A stretch of 64,000 nucleotides of DNA from Blastocatellia bacterium (GCA_963765495.1 CAVXWP010000001.1:544001-608000), one strand, 5' to 3'; numbered from the stretch's first letter, positions 9,562 through 19,939 are shown. The notes: generated by a model not told the origin, from the letters alone. Made by a program: numbers and translations.

Positions 9562-10413
9562 ATGCCGACACTGGGCGAAGAACTGAGACGTAGGCGCGAA
9601 GAGCGCTCAATTCCGCTTGCCGATATCTCGGAAGCAACCAAGATAGGTACTCGCTTCCTGAAGGCTATCGAGGCGGATAACTATTCGACCCTGCCCGGCG
9701 GTATATTTACTCGATCTTTCATCCGCGCTTATGCCAAAGCCGTAGGCATGAACGAAGATGAAGCCGTAGGACTCTACCAGCAACAGATCACAGGCCCGAG
9801 CACAGATGAGGTATCGCAATCTCCAACTTCCGCTGAAAAAACAGGAAAGCCGGAAAAAACAGAGAAGCCCGAGCCGCGCCGCGCCGAGCCGGTCGTTTTT
9901 CGCTCCGCGTCCACTCGCACAAGCTGGCCCACGATTATCATCGCCGCCGGGATAATCCTCTTTATCGCCATCATAGTCATCGCGCTGGTCAAAAACCTGA
10001 ACAAGGCAAGCAGAGAAAGCGCGGCCTCGAACCCGCCTGCGGTTCAAAGAAATGAGGCGCAGACTCCAGCGCCTACGCCAGAGCCCACGCCTGATCAGAC
10101 CGCCTCGACCGAGCCTGCCGCAGCGTCACAGGTGCCTGCAGGCGAGCCTTTTGTGATAAGCCTGGAAGCTATGGGAAGCGATTGCTGGGTTCGCTATCAG
10201 GTCGATGAACGCAAGCCGAATACTCTGACCGTCAGGCCGGGCATGGCTCTCGATCTTCCACCGGCTGAAAATCAGGTAAAGCTGAACCTCGGCAACACGA
10301 CCGCGCTGAAGTTCAAGATAAATAATCGCGAAGCCAAATTCCCGCCCGACACGCCGAATTTCAAAGCCGTGGTGGTCATATCCCGCGACAACATCCAGGC
10401 ATTCCTCCAGTGA
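9562..10413 (+). CDS. rodZ: RodZ-like protein (HTH, TM, Pro-rich linker, DUF4115-like domain)
   Basis: LGEELRRRRE…TKIGTRFLKAIE…LPGGIFTRSFIRAYAKAVG; single TM; C-terminal CWV…LGN. Confidence 0.8.
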   Translation: MPTLGEELRRRREERSIPLADISEATKIGTRFLKAIEADNYSTLPGGIFTRSFIRAYAKAVGMNEDEAVGLYQQQITGPSTDEVSQSPTSAEKTGKPEKTEKPEPRRAEPVVFRSASTRTSWPTIIIAAGIILFIAIIVIALVKNLNKASRESAASNPPAVQRNEAQTPAPTPEPTPDQTASTEPAAASQVPAGEPFVISLEAMGSDCWVRYQVDERKPNTLTVRPGMALDLPPAENQVKLNLGNTTALKFKINNREAKFPPDTPNFKAVVVISRDNIQAFLQ

Positions 10414-10441
10414 AGCCCGAGGCTTTTAATAGTTCAGCATT

Positions 10442-10509
10442 GCCACAGAGGCACCGCAGGCACAGAGAAAAGATTATAAATAGCTCTGTGCCTGCGGTGC
10501 CTCTGTGGC
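10442..10509. repeat. REP-like perfect 26-bp inverted repeat (CACAGAG family)
   Basis: GCCACAGAGGCACCGCAGGCACAGAG (10442-10467) and its exact reverse complement (10484-10509) around an AT-rich loop. Confidence 0.85.
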
Positions 10510-10644
10510 GAGTTTCTCTCCTTTCTTAACAGATGCCCGGGTTTGCCTGTATTGCGCCTCGCCCATCGCTGATGTAGTATCGAACCTGCGAGCGCGAAAG
10601 AACCGTTGCCTTCGCTCAAATCACTTACCGAGAGGATCAGGAAA

Positions 10645-11928
10645 ATGACTACTGCGATGAACAAATCGCTTGCCGAAGCTGACCCGGAAATAGCCCGCGC
10701 CATAGCCGATGAAGAGCGGCGACTTGCCTATAACCTCGAGATGATCGCCAGTGAAAATTTCGTCTCGGAGGCCGTGCTCGAAGCCCTCGGGTCGGTGCTG
10801 ACAAACAAGTATGCAGAAGGCTATCCGGGCAAACGCTACTACGGCGGCTGCGAGTTTGTTGACGTGGCGGAGAACATCGCTCGCGACCGGGCCAAACAGA
10901 TATTTGGTTGCGAGCACGTAAATGTGCAGCCGCATTCGGGCTCGCAGGCGAATATGGCCGTCTATCTGGCGGCGCTCGATTACGGCGACACCATCCTTGG
11001 CATGAACCTCGCGCACGGCGGCCACCTCACTCACGGGCATCCTCTCAACTTCTCGGGCCGCAGCTACAAGATAGTGCCCTACGGGGTCACGGCAGATACC
11101 GAAGAGATAGATTACGACGAGCTTGAGCGTCTGGCCCACGAACATAAACCTAAGCTGATACTGTGCGGCGCATCGGCTTACTCGCGCATAATCGATTTCG
11201 AGCGCATAGGCCGTATTGCCCGCGACGTCGGCGCTTATTCGATGGCCGACATCGCTCACATCGCCGGACTCGTGGCCGCAGGGCTCCATCCAAGCCCGAT
11301 CCCGCACATGGATTTCGTCACCACGACCACGCACAAGACCTTGCGCGGCCCGCGAGCAGGAATGGTGATGTGCCGCGAACAGTTTCAAAAAGAGATAGAC
11401 CGCGCTGTCTTCCCAACCATTCAAGGCGGCCCGCTGATGCACGTCATAGCAGCGAAGGCCGTTTGCTTCAAAGAGGCTCTGGAAGCCGATTTCAAGCAGT
11501 ATCAACAGCAGGTGATAGCAAATGCCCGCGTGCTTGCCGAAGAGCTTCAAAACGCGGGGTTCCGCGTCGTCTCCGGCGGAACCGACAACCACCTGATGCT
11601 CGTTAACGTTTTCGTGCGAGGGCTGACCGGGGCTCAGGCAGAACGTGCGCTCGAACGAGCAGCCATAACCGTAAACAAAAACGCTATTCCTTTCGACACC
11701 CAGCCGCCGATGAAAGCATCCGGCATCCGCATAGGCACACCGGCGCTTACGACTCGCGGGATGAAGGAAGAAGAGATGCGACAGATTGCCGGGTGGATCA
11801 GCGAAACGCTCGGCGATCACGAAAACGAAACGGTGCAGGAAAGCATTCGCGGTAAGGTGAAAGAGTTGTGCGAACGTTTCCCGATTTACGAGCAGCGACT
11901 TATGCGCAGCCGCGCGCAATATTCGTGA
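10645..11928 (+). CDS. glyA: Serine hydroxymethyltransferase
   Basis: [28 protein letters not shown] and [11 protein letters not shown] (PLP lysine). Confidence 0.98.
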   Translation: MTTAMNKSLAEADPEIARAIADEERRLAYNLEMIASENFVSEAVLEALGSVLTNKYAEGYPGKRYYGGCEFVDVAENIARDRAKQIFGCEHVNVQPHSGSQANMAVYLAALDYGDTILGMNLAHGGHLTHGHPLNFSGRSYKIVPYGVTADTEEIDYDELERLAHEHKPKLILCGASAYSRIIDFERIGRIARDVGAYSMADIAHIAGLVAAGLHPSPIPHMDFVTTTTHKTLRGPRAGMVMCREQFQKEIDRAVFPTIQGGPLMHVIAAKAVCFKEALEADFKQYQQQVIANARVLAEELQNAGFRVVSGGTDNHLMLVNVFVRGLTGAQAERALERAAITVNKNAIPFDTQPPMKASGIRIGTPALTTRGMKEEEMRQIAGWISETLGDHENETVQESIRGKVKELCERFPIYEQRLMRSRAQYS

Positions 11929-12013
11929 TCCGTGATCCGTGATTTACCAGACTTGCCAGTTGTAATTGACAGGCAGGCTCGCTTAAAGTCACGCATCACA
12001 AATCACTTATCAC
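11925..12013 (+). repeat. Heptamer-armed dispersed repeat, family A copy 2
   Basis: TGATCCG x2, core GTGATTTACCAGACTTGCCAGTTG…AAAGTCAC, then TCACNNA x3. Confidence 0.75.
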
Positions 12014-12020
12014 TTTTTAT

Positions 12021-13970
12021 ATGGAAGAAGTATTCGGTCCCGGCGGGTTGATTGCTCGCTATCATCCAAACTACGAATACAGACCCGGCCAGGTCGAGAT
12101 GGCCGAGGCCGTGTGTGATACCCTCACACACGGCGGCATAGCTCTGATCGAAGCGGGCACGGGCACGGGCAAGACGCTCGCCTATCTGATACCGGCGCTT
12201 GCCACAGGCCATCGCGTGATCGTGGCTACGGCGACCAAAAATTTACAGGAACAGCTTTACAAAAAAGACATCCCCTTTCTGCAAAAGATCATCCCGCGAA
12301 AATTCAAGGCTATCTGCATGAAGGGCAGGTCGAATTACGTATGCCTGCACAAGCTGAAGAAGGCCGACGAGATGCCCATACTTCAAGGGCTTGAGGATGT
12401 GGATTATTTCGACGAGATTCGGCGATGGGCGGCAGAGACCGAAACCGGCGACCGCGCGGAGCTTACGGAACTGCCCGAGAACCTCTCGTTCTGGCCTCAA
12501 ATAGACGCGAGGGCTGAAAGCTGCCTGGGCCAAAAATGCCCCGAATTTGATTCCTGTTTCGTAACACGCATGCGCCGTGAAGCGATGGAATCCGACGTAG
12601 TCATAGTCAATCATCATCTCTTCTTTGCCGATCTCGCGCTTCGAGGCGGCGACTACGGCGCGGTGCTGCCCGATTACTCGACCGTCATCTTTGATGAAGC
12701 CCACGAACTTGAAGACGTTGCCGCATCTTATTTCGGGGCGAGCGTATCCAACTACCGCGTAAACGATCTCATTCAGGATACACAAAAGCTCGCAATAACC
12801 GAGCCTGACCGGGCAAGCGATCTGACAAAAGCTCTTGCGCGTCTGGCCCAGCGAAGCGACGGGTTCTGGCTCTCGTTTCGCGGCGACATCTCAGGGCGAA
12901 ACATGCCCGATGTCCGTGACACGATCAGCGAAAACCATTTCGTACGCCAGGACCGCGAAGGCAATTACACGCCTACGGCGGCAGGCGAAGCATACATCGG
13001 ACTGTCGCAGGCGCTCGACCGATTGATCGCTGCCCTGGGCGTGGTCAAAGACCCGCCGCCCGAACTGGACAACCTTTTGCGACGAGCCGAGACCTTGAAA
13101 TTCGAGCTTGAATTTATAGTCACGCACGAAGACCCGAGCTTTGTTTACTGGTATGAGAAGCGAGGGCGCGGCGTATTTGTACACGCCACTCCGATTGACG
13201 TGTCGGGGATTCTGGAAGAGAAGCTTTTTTCAAACGTGCAGAGCGCCGTGCTGACTTCGGCCACTATGACAGCGGGCGGCAGCTTCGATTTTATAAAGAC
13301 CCGCCTCGGCATTCGCGAAGGGCAGGCGCTTGTTGTCGAATCGCATTTCGATTTCGAAAATCAAGCCGTCCTTTACCTGCCCCAGCGCATGCCCGACCCG
13401 CGCAGCCGCGAGTTCCTGGAGGCTTCGGTCGAAGAGATAGTGCAAATACTTGAAGTCACACACGGACGCGCGTTTGTGCTCTTTACGAGCGTATCTTCCA
13501 TGCGCCAGACATACGAACAGGTGCGCGGCCTCGTCGAATATCCCATATTCATTCAGGGACAGGGATCAAAGATCGGTTTGCTCGAACGATTCCGCAGGAC
13601 CGAAGGCGCTGTGCTGTTTGCGACTTCTTCATTCTGGCAGGGCGTAGACGTGCAGGGCGAAGCTCTCTCTTGCGTGATAATTTCAAAGCTTCCGTTTGCG
13701 GTCCCGTCCGACCCGGTCGTTGCGGCGCGGCAGAAATATATCGATAATCAGGGCGGCAACTCTTTTTTTGAATACTCAGTGCCGGAAGCGATAATAACCT
13801 TGAAGCAGGGGCTTGGCCGGTTGATTCGCTCCGCGACTGATCGCGGTGTGCTTTCGATTTTAGACCCCCGGCTCAAGACTAAAGCTTACGGCTCTATGTT
13901 TCTGGCGAGCCTCCCGCCGTGCCGCGTGATTCGAAGGATAGAAGAAGCCGCCGCGATTTTTGAAGAATAA
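12021..13970 (+). CDS. DinG/YoaA family Fe-S DNA helicase
   Basis: Q motif RPGQ, Walker A EAGTGTGKT, four Cys, DEAH, QGLGRLIRS. Confidence 0.95.
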   Translation: MEEVFGPGGLIARYHPNYEYRPGQVEMAEAVCDTLTHGGIALIEAGTGTGKTLAYLIPALATGHRVIVATATKNLQEQLYKKDIPFLQKIIPRKFKAICMKGRSNYVCLHKLKKADEMPILQGLEDVDYFDEIRRWAAETETGDRAELTELPENLSFWPQIDARAESCLGQKCPEFDSCFVTRMRREAMESDVVIVNHHLFFADLALRGGDYGAVLPDYSTVIFDEAHELEDVAASYFGASVSNYRVNDLIQDTQKLAITEPDRASDLTKALARLAQRSDGFWLSFRGDISGRNMPDVRDTISENHFVRQDREGNYTPTAAGEAYIGLSQALDRLIAALGVVKDPPPELDNLLRRAETLKFELEFIVTHEDPSFVYWYEKRGRGVFVHATPIDVSGILEEKLFSNVQSAVLTSATMTAGGSFDFIKTRLGIREGQALVVESHFDFENQAVLYLPQRMPDPRSREFLEASVEEIVQILEVTHGRAFVLFTSVSSMRQTYEQVRGLVEYPIFIQGQGSKIGLLERFRRTEGAVLFATSSFWQGVDVQGEALSCVIISKLPFAVPSDPVVAARQKYIDNQGGNSFFEYSVPEAIITLKQGLGRLIRSATDRGVLSILDPRLKTKAYGSMFLASLPPCRVIRRIEEAAAIFEE

Positions 13971-13996
13971 TAATTGAATAACCGAGGTGTTCACCT

Positions 13997-15703
13997 ATGG
14001 ACCTGAAGTCGCTTACTCGCGCAGATGTTCGAGACATCGCCGACAGCCTCCAGATTTTCCAGCGGGGCGAACAGTATCACGCAACGGGGGCCGTATACCA
14101 AATGCGGGTCTCGCCCGGCGAAATCACCGCCAGAGTGCGCGGCAATTACGGCAGCTACACTACAACTATCCTCGACGATTCAGGCTTTCTTGAGACCGAT
14201 TGCGATTGTCCTTATGACGGGGACGTGTGCAAGCATATAGTCGCCGTCCTGCTCAATTATCTCGAAGGAGGCGAGCAAGCCGTAGAACCTGCCGGACGGG
14301 AAGTCCCCGAGGCGCTCAAACAGACGCTCGCGGCGATGACGCACGAGCAGTTGCTCGACCTGATATTAAATCTTGCCGGCGAACGCAGCGATTTTCGCCG
14401 TGTGCTGCTTGCCAATGTAAATGTATCTTCCGAGATCATCGGCCAGATGCCGGAAGATCCCGAACAGGTTAAAAACCTCAAACGGCAGATCACAGATTTC
14501 TTTAACGAGGTGCAAAATCGCTCTCTCTATGACGACGGCTATTATTACCAGGAATATGATGAAGGTGAAAAATACCCTGAACTTGAACCGATCTTCGAGA
14601 CGGCGCGTATGCTAAATCCCGCAGACCAGATAGAAGTGTTCTGGCACGTCTTGACCTCGGCCAACAGCATGTTTGAAGAGTATCCGATAGGGACCGATCA
14701 GATCGAAGAAGCCATAGGCTTATATGCCGAGGCCGCCCGCGAACTGAACCTCCCGGAAGAGGGCAAACACCCCTTTCTCGATTCGCTTGTGAGCGTGCTC
14801 GGTTGGGAAATGGCTGAATACGGCAACATCATAGAAGCATTGAAAGGATCGCTTGATGCGATTTGCAAAGACCGGGAAGATTACATCTATTTGATAGGCA
14901 GGCTCCAGAAGAGCGATCACCTACAGGCCCCGGATTGGATAGCCCATTACTATCTGGCGATGGGAGATGAAGAGAATTACCTGCGAGTGCGGCAGAAAAA
15001 TCTTGAGACCGAAAGCCAGTATGTCGAACTGGCCGATTACTGGGAGAGCAAAGGAGAGCACCACAAATACATCGCCACTCTCGAAGAGTGGGTAGAGAAT
15101 CTTTACTCGACCAGAGGCGATGCTGAATTCAGATTTTATGGGTACGCAACAAGGGGCGAATTTGGCAGCGCGCTCAACAGACTTGCCGATCACTACAACC
15201 GCGTGCGAGACGACGATAATCTATGTCGCGTGTTGATGGCCGTAGCCGAGTTCTACCGATTCCCTATGGATTTGTACAGGCAGATAAAAGAGGTCTCTCG
15301 AAGGACGGGGAGATGGGAAGAGGCGCGGTCCGCGCTTATCGAGATAGCCAAGCGCGACACCGAAACCCTTGCAAAGATATATCTGTACGAAGAAGACTGG
15401 GAAGCGGCGCTTCAACTGGCGAACCAGAAGGGGATTTATGAGCCGGTGCGGATACTGGTCGCCGACGGCGTGAAAGAGCATTATCCGAAAGAGGCTATAG
15501 AGATTTATCAAAAACTGGTTCAGGACAACATAGACCGGCAAAGCCGCAAGCACTATAAAACGGCCGCGCACTATGCAGACAAGATCAAGAATATTTACCT
15601 GTCTATCCTGAATGATGAAGAAGGGTGGCAGCGTTACGTGACTCAGGTTCGCAATCGCTATCCTCGCCATACGGCTCTTCAGGACGAATTCCGGCGTCTG
15701 TAA
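13997..15703 (+). CDS. SWIM zinc-finger protein with helical-repeat C-terminus
   Basis: FQRGEQY…CDCPYDGDVCKH SWIM motif; acidic helical body; C-terminal RNRYPRHTALQDEF; GAGG SD. Confidence 0.85.
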   Translation: MDLKSLTRADVRDIADSLQIFQRGEQYHATGAVYQMRVSPGEITARVRGNYGSYTTTILDDSGFLETDCDCPYDGDVCKHIVAVLLNYLEGGEQAVEPAGREVPEALKQTLAAMTHEQLLDLILNLAGERSDFRRVLLANVNVSSEIIGQMPEDPEQVKNLKRQITDFFNEVQNRSLYDDGYYYQEYDEGEKYPELEPIFETARMLNPADQIEVFWHVLTSANSMFEEYPIGTDQIEEAIGLYAEAARELNLPEEGKHPFLDSLVSVLGWEMAEYGNIIEALKGSLDAICKDREDYIYLIGRLQKSDHLQAPDWIAHYYLAMGDEENYLRVRQKNLETESQYVELADYWESKGEHHKYIATLEEWVENLYSTRGDAEFRFYGYATRGEFGSALNRLADHYNRVRDDDNLCRVLMAVAEFYRFPMDLYRQIKEVSRRTGRWEEARSALIEIAKRDTETLAKIYLYEEDWEAALQLANQKGIYEPVRILVADGVKEHYPKEAIEIYQKLVQDNIDRQSRKHYKTAAHYADKIKNIYLSILNDEEGWQRYVTQVRNRYPRHTALQDEFRRL

Positions 15704-15724
15704 AAACGTAAGAGTTCAACACTA

Positions 15725-15774
15725 GCCACAGAGAAAGTATCTTTAAAATCTCTGTGCCTCTGTGGCTCTGTGGC
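15725..15774. repeat. CACAGAG-family REP-like element with shortened left arm, between convergent genes
   Basis: GCCACAGAGA … TCTCTGTGCCTCTGTGGCTCTGTGGC; same family as 10442-10509. Confidence 0.7.
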
Positions 15775-15793
15775 AAATTTTTCACGTCAAGAC

Positions 15794-16990
15794 TCAAGCC
15801 TTGATGGGCCATTTATTATCCGTAAACTGAAGACACAATCGCACAAGGCTGTCTTTGCCCACATACCGATTACGCACACACGCAAGCCCCCTGAATTTAC
15901 CGGCAGTCGAAGTAATTCTCACCCAGTCGAATGCGCCCGGGGCTGCCTTCAGGCAGATGCGAGCACCGCTCAAACTGACATTTTCCGTGACGGCCTGCGT
16001 GTGCTTTACAAGCTTCATCTCTTCATCGAGAAATTCCACTTCAACCGTTTCGGTCAACTCAAAGCGCGGTTCTCGTCTTCGCTCGACGCCGCCCCATTTA
16101 GGAGATCGGAAAGTAGCCCAGGGTTTATCGAGATACCCGGCCGGAGGATGCTCGCCCAGGAATTCAAGCCCTACTACTCTCGCGCCGTCTACAGACGGTT
16201 CTATTCGGCGCACTATCGCGTACACATTATAAGCCGATTCGGAGTGCCCGTGTTTTCTGAGCTTCACCGGCATAGGCATGACCACGTGCAGCACCGAGCC
16301 GTGCCGTACGCGCTCGCGCAAGCGGACGGCAATTCCCATCCAGCTGACATCTATCGTCTTGGTCATCTCTTTCCACTTGCCGTCTTTGCGGTTGTGGCCT
16401 ACGAGGAGCGCCGGTATCGCGAGCTTGAGTCGCTCACACCGTCTGCGATTGGGCGCGGTCTCAGAAGACGCCTTTGTGAAGATGGGGGTTCCGTTTTGCG
16501 GGCTGTTGAGGCTTAAGTCTTCAAGCGCCGCCGAGGGCAGTATGTTTGCGCGGTCACCCGATTTCGGCAGTGGGAGGAAAGGCTCGCTCGCTTCGAGCGA
16601 CGGCAAACTGATCGGGATGGGAGTGTATGAGCGGCGAAGCAGGGATTTGTCGTATTCGATCCTTCGGCGGTGATTGGTGAGAACGGCGAAGGCCTCCGAG
16701 ACCTTGCCGAAAGCCTGATCTATCTTTACAAGCATCTCATCGGGCACGGCGGCTCTGACTTTGTAGTATGAAGGATGAAGCACCATCACCGTGTTCTGGT
16801 ATGCGAGAATAACATCTTCATTTGTAGCCGTGCGCTCAAGGCCAAGAGCCTGGTAATGCGTCGAAGCGTGTTCAACGCGCTCAAGCAGGTATTCGATCTC
16901 AAGATAATAAGAGCTTATCAGTTTTCCTGTATTTCCCTGCATAGGAATCTGCCTTCGGCCGGTTTGTAGTGGTCCGCTTAAATCGCTCAT
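15794..16990 (-). CDS. J-domain-like (HPS) + tandem PilZ domain protein
   Basis: HYQALGL…LHPSYY…AFAVLT…RRIEYD J-domain pattern; PilZ motifs RRCER…DVSWMG and RRREPR…NVSLSG. Confidence 0.8.
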   Translation of the reverse strand: MSDLSGPLQTGRRQIPMQGNTGKLISSYYLEIEYLLERVEHASTHYQALGLERTATNEDVILAYQNTVMVLHPSYYKVRAAVPDEMLVKIDQAFGKVSEAFAVLTNHRRRIEYDKSLLRRSYTPIPISLPSLEASEPFLPLPKSGDRANILPSAALEDLSLNSPQNGTPIFTKASSETAPNRRRCERLKLAIPALLVGHNRKDGKWKEMTKTIDVSWMGIAVRLRERVRHGSVLHVVMPMPVKLRKHGHSESAYNVYAIVRRIEPSVDGARVVGLEFLGEHPPAGYLDKPWATFRSPKWGGVERRREPRFELTETVEVEFLDEEMKLVKHTQAVTENVSLSGARICLKAAPGAFDWVRITSTAGKFRGLACVRNRYVGKDSLVRLCLQFTDNKWPIKA

Positions 16991-17064
16991 GAGCGCCTCG
17001 AAAAATCTAATGATGTGCAGGATATTTTTTTGGGGGTAGCCGCAAGCTTCTAAAGAATGTTTCC

Positions 17065-17092
17065 ATTATGGATGAGTTCACACATTTGTCAA
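17065..17092 (-). promoter_or_regulatory. Putative sigma70 promoter of the J/PilZ gene
   Basis: Minus strand TTGACA-N16-CATAAT. Confidence 0.5.
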
Positions 17093-17299
17093 CGGTGTTA
17101 TTAGAGCGATGGTGTTCGCCCTTCCCCACCCGGGTAAGCTAATCTTCAAGCAGGGCCAAAAAGCCTTTCTACGCGCTCAAAAAAATTTTCCGGTGAGTGG
17201 ATTGAAGTCTTATTCTGATCGGTTTTTCATTCTTTTCTCGCCTTGTATAATGACAGGGAATTTAAGGTCGAAATTAACGCCCGCGCAAAAGAGGTGACT

Positions 17300-17746
17300 A
17301 TGAAAAAGTTTGCATCCACTATGATTATTCTTTTCGGATTGGTCGCATTACCCTCATTTCCATCCCATCAGTTTTCTGCTCTCGGTCAAAAAATCGTGAC
17401 GGCGGCTCAGGTAAACGGCACCTGGCGCAACAAGCACGGAGAGTTTAAGATCTGGGCCCTGGGGCATCAGAAATTGAAGGTAGAGTTTTCCGGCACATAC
17501 GAATACAAGACTTCGGCCGGGCTTATGGCCAATGTCGGGACGGGCAGCGGCATTGCGCTCATCGAATACGACACGGCAAAGTTCAAGCCTGAGGATTCGG
17601 ATGATGAATGCGAAATCACAATGAAATTTACGGGCGGCAATCTGGTTGTAACACAGGAAGGCGGCTGCGGTTTTGGGCATAACGTTGTCGCAGATGGAAC
17701 ATACAAAAAGGTCAGCAGCAGCAAACCTAAATTCGGCGAATTCTAA
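17300..17746 (+). CDS. Hypothetical exported beta-rich protein
   Basis: GAGG SD; signal peptide MKKFASTMIILFGLVAL; C…CGFGHNVVADGTY. Confidence 0.7.
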   Translation: MKKFASTMIILFGLVALPSFPSHQFSALGQKIVTAAQVNGTWRNKHGEFKIWALGHQKLKVEFSGTYEYKTSAGLMANVGTGSGIALIEYDTAKFKPEDSDDECEITMKFTGGNLVVTQEGGCGFGHNVVADGTYKKVSSSKPKFGEF

Positions 17747-17775
17747 GAGGGCGAATATGTGATAGGATTCTGTAT

Positions 17776-18630
17776 ATGAGTAAGACAACCATAGCCTGCA
17801 TTCAGATGAATCTGGAGATTGGCCAGGTAGAGGCAAATCGCGAAAAGATTGTTGAACATATAAGGACTGCCGCGCACAATTCGGCCGAACTGATAATCTT
17901 TCCCGAATGCGCTATAACCGGCTATTGCTTTGACTCGCTCGAAGAGGCTGCCCCGTTTGCCGAGCCTCTTGACGGTCCTTCTTCGAAAGTGTTAGCCGGG
18001 ATTTGCCGCGACCAGAATGTTTATGCCGTCGTCGGGTTTATTGAAAAAGGCGCGACCGGGTTTTACAACGCGGCCATGCTGGTTGGTCCCGACGGGCTGA
18101 TAGGCGGTTATCGCAAAGTGCATCTGCCTTACCTCGGAGTGGACCGATTTCTTACGCCGGGCAACAGACCGTTTGCCGTCTTTGACCTTCCATTTGGCAG
18201 GGTGGGAATAAACATCTGCTATGACGCGAGTTTCCCGGAAGCCGCGCGGGCGCTCAAACTGCTCGGGGCTGAGTTGATAATTCTGCCTACGAACTGGCCC
18301 GAAGGCGCGTGGCGCACTGCTGAATTCGTCGTCAACACGCGGGCGCAGGAAAATCACGTAAATTTTGTTGCCGTCAATCGTGTAGGTGTTGAGCGCGGCT
18401 GGCGCTTTATCGGCAGGTCTAAGGTAATAGACTACAACGGCGACACGGTTGTGGAAGCCCGAACAGATGAAGAAACGGTCATCCTGACGCAGGTTGATCT
18501 GCCGCAAGCCAACATCAACCGTATAATCAATGTAGCCGGTTCATATGAAATAGACCGGCTGGCGGATCGAAGACCGGAATTTTATGAAACATTGGTTCGA
18601 AAGGCTCTCAAACCGCACAAAGCGGGCTAG
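17776..18630 (+). CDS. Carbon-nitrogen hydrolase (nitrilase superfamily)
   Basis: Catalytic triad motifs FPE, YRK and ICYD. Confidence 0.93.
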   Translation: MSKTTIACIQMNLEIGQVEANREKIVEHIRTAAHNSAELIIFPECAITGYCFDSLEEAAPFAEPLDGPSSKVLAGICRDQNVYAVVGFIEKGATGFYNAAMLVGPDGLIGGYRKVHLPYLGVDRFLTPGNRPFAVFDLPFGRVGINICYDASFPEAARALKLLGAELIILPTNWPEGAWRTAEFVVNTRAQENHVNFVAVNRVGVERGWRFIGRSKVIDYNGDTVVEARTDEETVILTQVDLPQANINRIINVAGSYEIDRLADRRPEFYETLVRKALKPHKAG

Positions 18631-18662
18631 TTATATAGCAGGGTGATGAATCGCCCTTCAAG

Positions 18663-18711
18663 ACCCTGATCCGGTATGTTATTAGCGGGGGCTAAACCGG
18701 ATCAGGGTTTT
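18663..18711. terminator. Hairpin between convergent genes, probable bidirectional terminator
   Basis: ACCCTGATCCGGT … ACCGGATCAGGGT followed by TTT. Confidence 0.6.
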
Positions 18712-18732
18712 ACAAGACAATAATCCTTTTTA

Positions 18733-18879
18733 TCAATTGTGCGGCTCTATATCGGCTTTGACATTTCTCACTTTTCCGCAGTCATAGCAGATCATTACAA
18801 TTTCGCTCATATCGTCGGCAATCTTGTGAGGAACGCCCCAATAATGCTTGTGGTTGGTTAAAATTTGCCAGATAGACAT
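18733..18879 (-). CDS. 48-aa His/Cys microprotein, putative Zn-binding
   Basis: MSIWQILTNHKHYWGVPH…ICYDCGKVR; GAGG SD before ATG 18879; sigma54-like promoter upstream. Confidence 0.65.
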   Translation of the reverse strand: MSIWQILTNHKHYWGVPHKIADDMSEIVMICYDCGKVRNVKADIEPHN

Positions 18880-18962
18880 AATATCCTCGCTTATCTTGTT
18901 CTTTTCTTTTTCAATTTTCTCTACGAACCGGCTGTCCATTTCCGATTCGCACACTACTAAAT

Positions 18963-18978
18963 TGCAAAATCCATGCCG
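18963..18978 (-). promoter_or_regulatory. sigma54 (-24/-12) promoter
   Basis: Minus strand CGGCAT-GGATT-TTGCA fits YGGCAY-N5-TTGCW. Confidence 0.7.
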
Positions 18979-19158
18979 TTTATTCCCCTCCGCGCCCTTT
19001 CAACCTAAACTCAGACAGCCAAGCATTTTAGGTCAGATATGTTTTGGTGGGTCTGTTTTCGGAGCGTATTTTATTGCTGCAATGGCGTATACAAAGAGAA
19101 CGCCGCGAATAATTCGTTTCTCCGTTCGACGCCCGCTCGCTTATAATATCGGTATTCG

Positions 19159-19848
19159 ATGCGCATACTCGTTGTAGAAGATGAACAGAAGATGGCCGCT
19201 TTTATCGAGCGCGGGCTTGAAGAAGAGGGTGCAGCCGTAGACGTAGCCTCGGACGGCGAAGAGGGGTTGTTTCAGGCCGCAAGCGGCAACTATGATCTGG
19301 TCATACTCGACATTACGCTGCCGCGCATGGATGGCCTGGAGGTCTGCCGCAGGCTCAGAAAAGAACACATATCGACGCCGATTCTGCTGCTTACGGCGAC
19401 TGATTCGGTAGAGATGAAGGTGAAAGGGCTCGATAGCGGCGCTGACGATTACCTCACAAAGCCGTTTGCCTTCGCCGAACTTCTTGCCCGCATCCGCGCG
19501 CTTCGCCGCAGGGACCGCACCGAAGTCAACATGAAATTGCAGGTGAGCGACCTGATGCTCGACCCGCTCACGCGCCGCGTCTCACGCGCAGGCAAGCCTA
19601 TAGAACTCACATCGAAAGAGTTCGCGTTGCTGGAATGCTTCATGCGCCACCCGGATCAGGTGCTTTCGCGCACGTTGCTTGCAGAAAAGGTCTGGAACGA
19701 ATCTTTCGATGCCTTTACAAACGTCATCGATGTTTATGTCAATTATCTTCGCAATAAGATAGACCGCAATTTCTCGCCCAGGCTTCTGCACACGGTGCGC
19801 GGAGCTGGGTACGTTTTGAGAGTGCCGGAATCGGATGAAGTGATTTGA
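19159..19848 (+). CDS. OmpR/CusR-like response regulator with no adjacent kinase
   Basis: VVEDE, LD, GADDYLTKPF and HTVRGAGY. Confidence 0.93.
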   Translation: MRILVVEDEQKMAAFIERGLEEEGAAVDVASDGEEGLFQAASGNYDLVILDITLPRMDGLEVCRRLRKEHISTPILLLTATDSVEMKVKGLDSGADDYLTKPFAFAELLARIRALRRRDRTEVNMKLQVSDLMLDPLTRRVSRAGKPIELTSKEFALLECFMRHPDQVLSRTLLAEKVWNESFDAFTNVIDVYVNYLRNKIDRNFSPRLLHTVRGAGYVLRVPESDEVI

Positions 19849-19939
19849 GCGGGGATCAGAGGCCAGAAGTCGGGCGCACCCATTGCCGGGCATCGCTATT
19901 ACATTGGATGTAAGTTTGTTGGTCGTTTATACGGCAACG

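Noticed and set aside
10621-11919. 432-aa antisense ORF over glyA
   Set aside because: Codon-register shadow of a conserved GC-rich gene; no motifs or SD.
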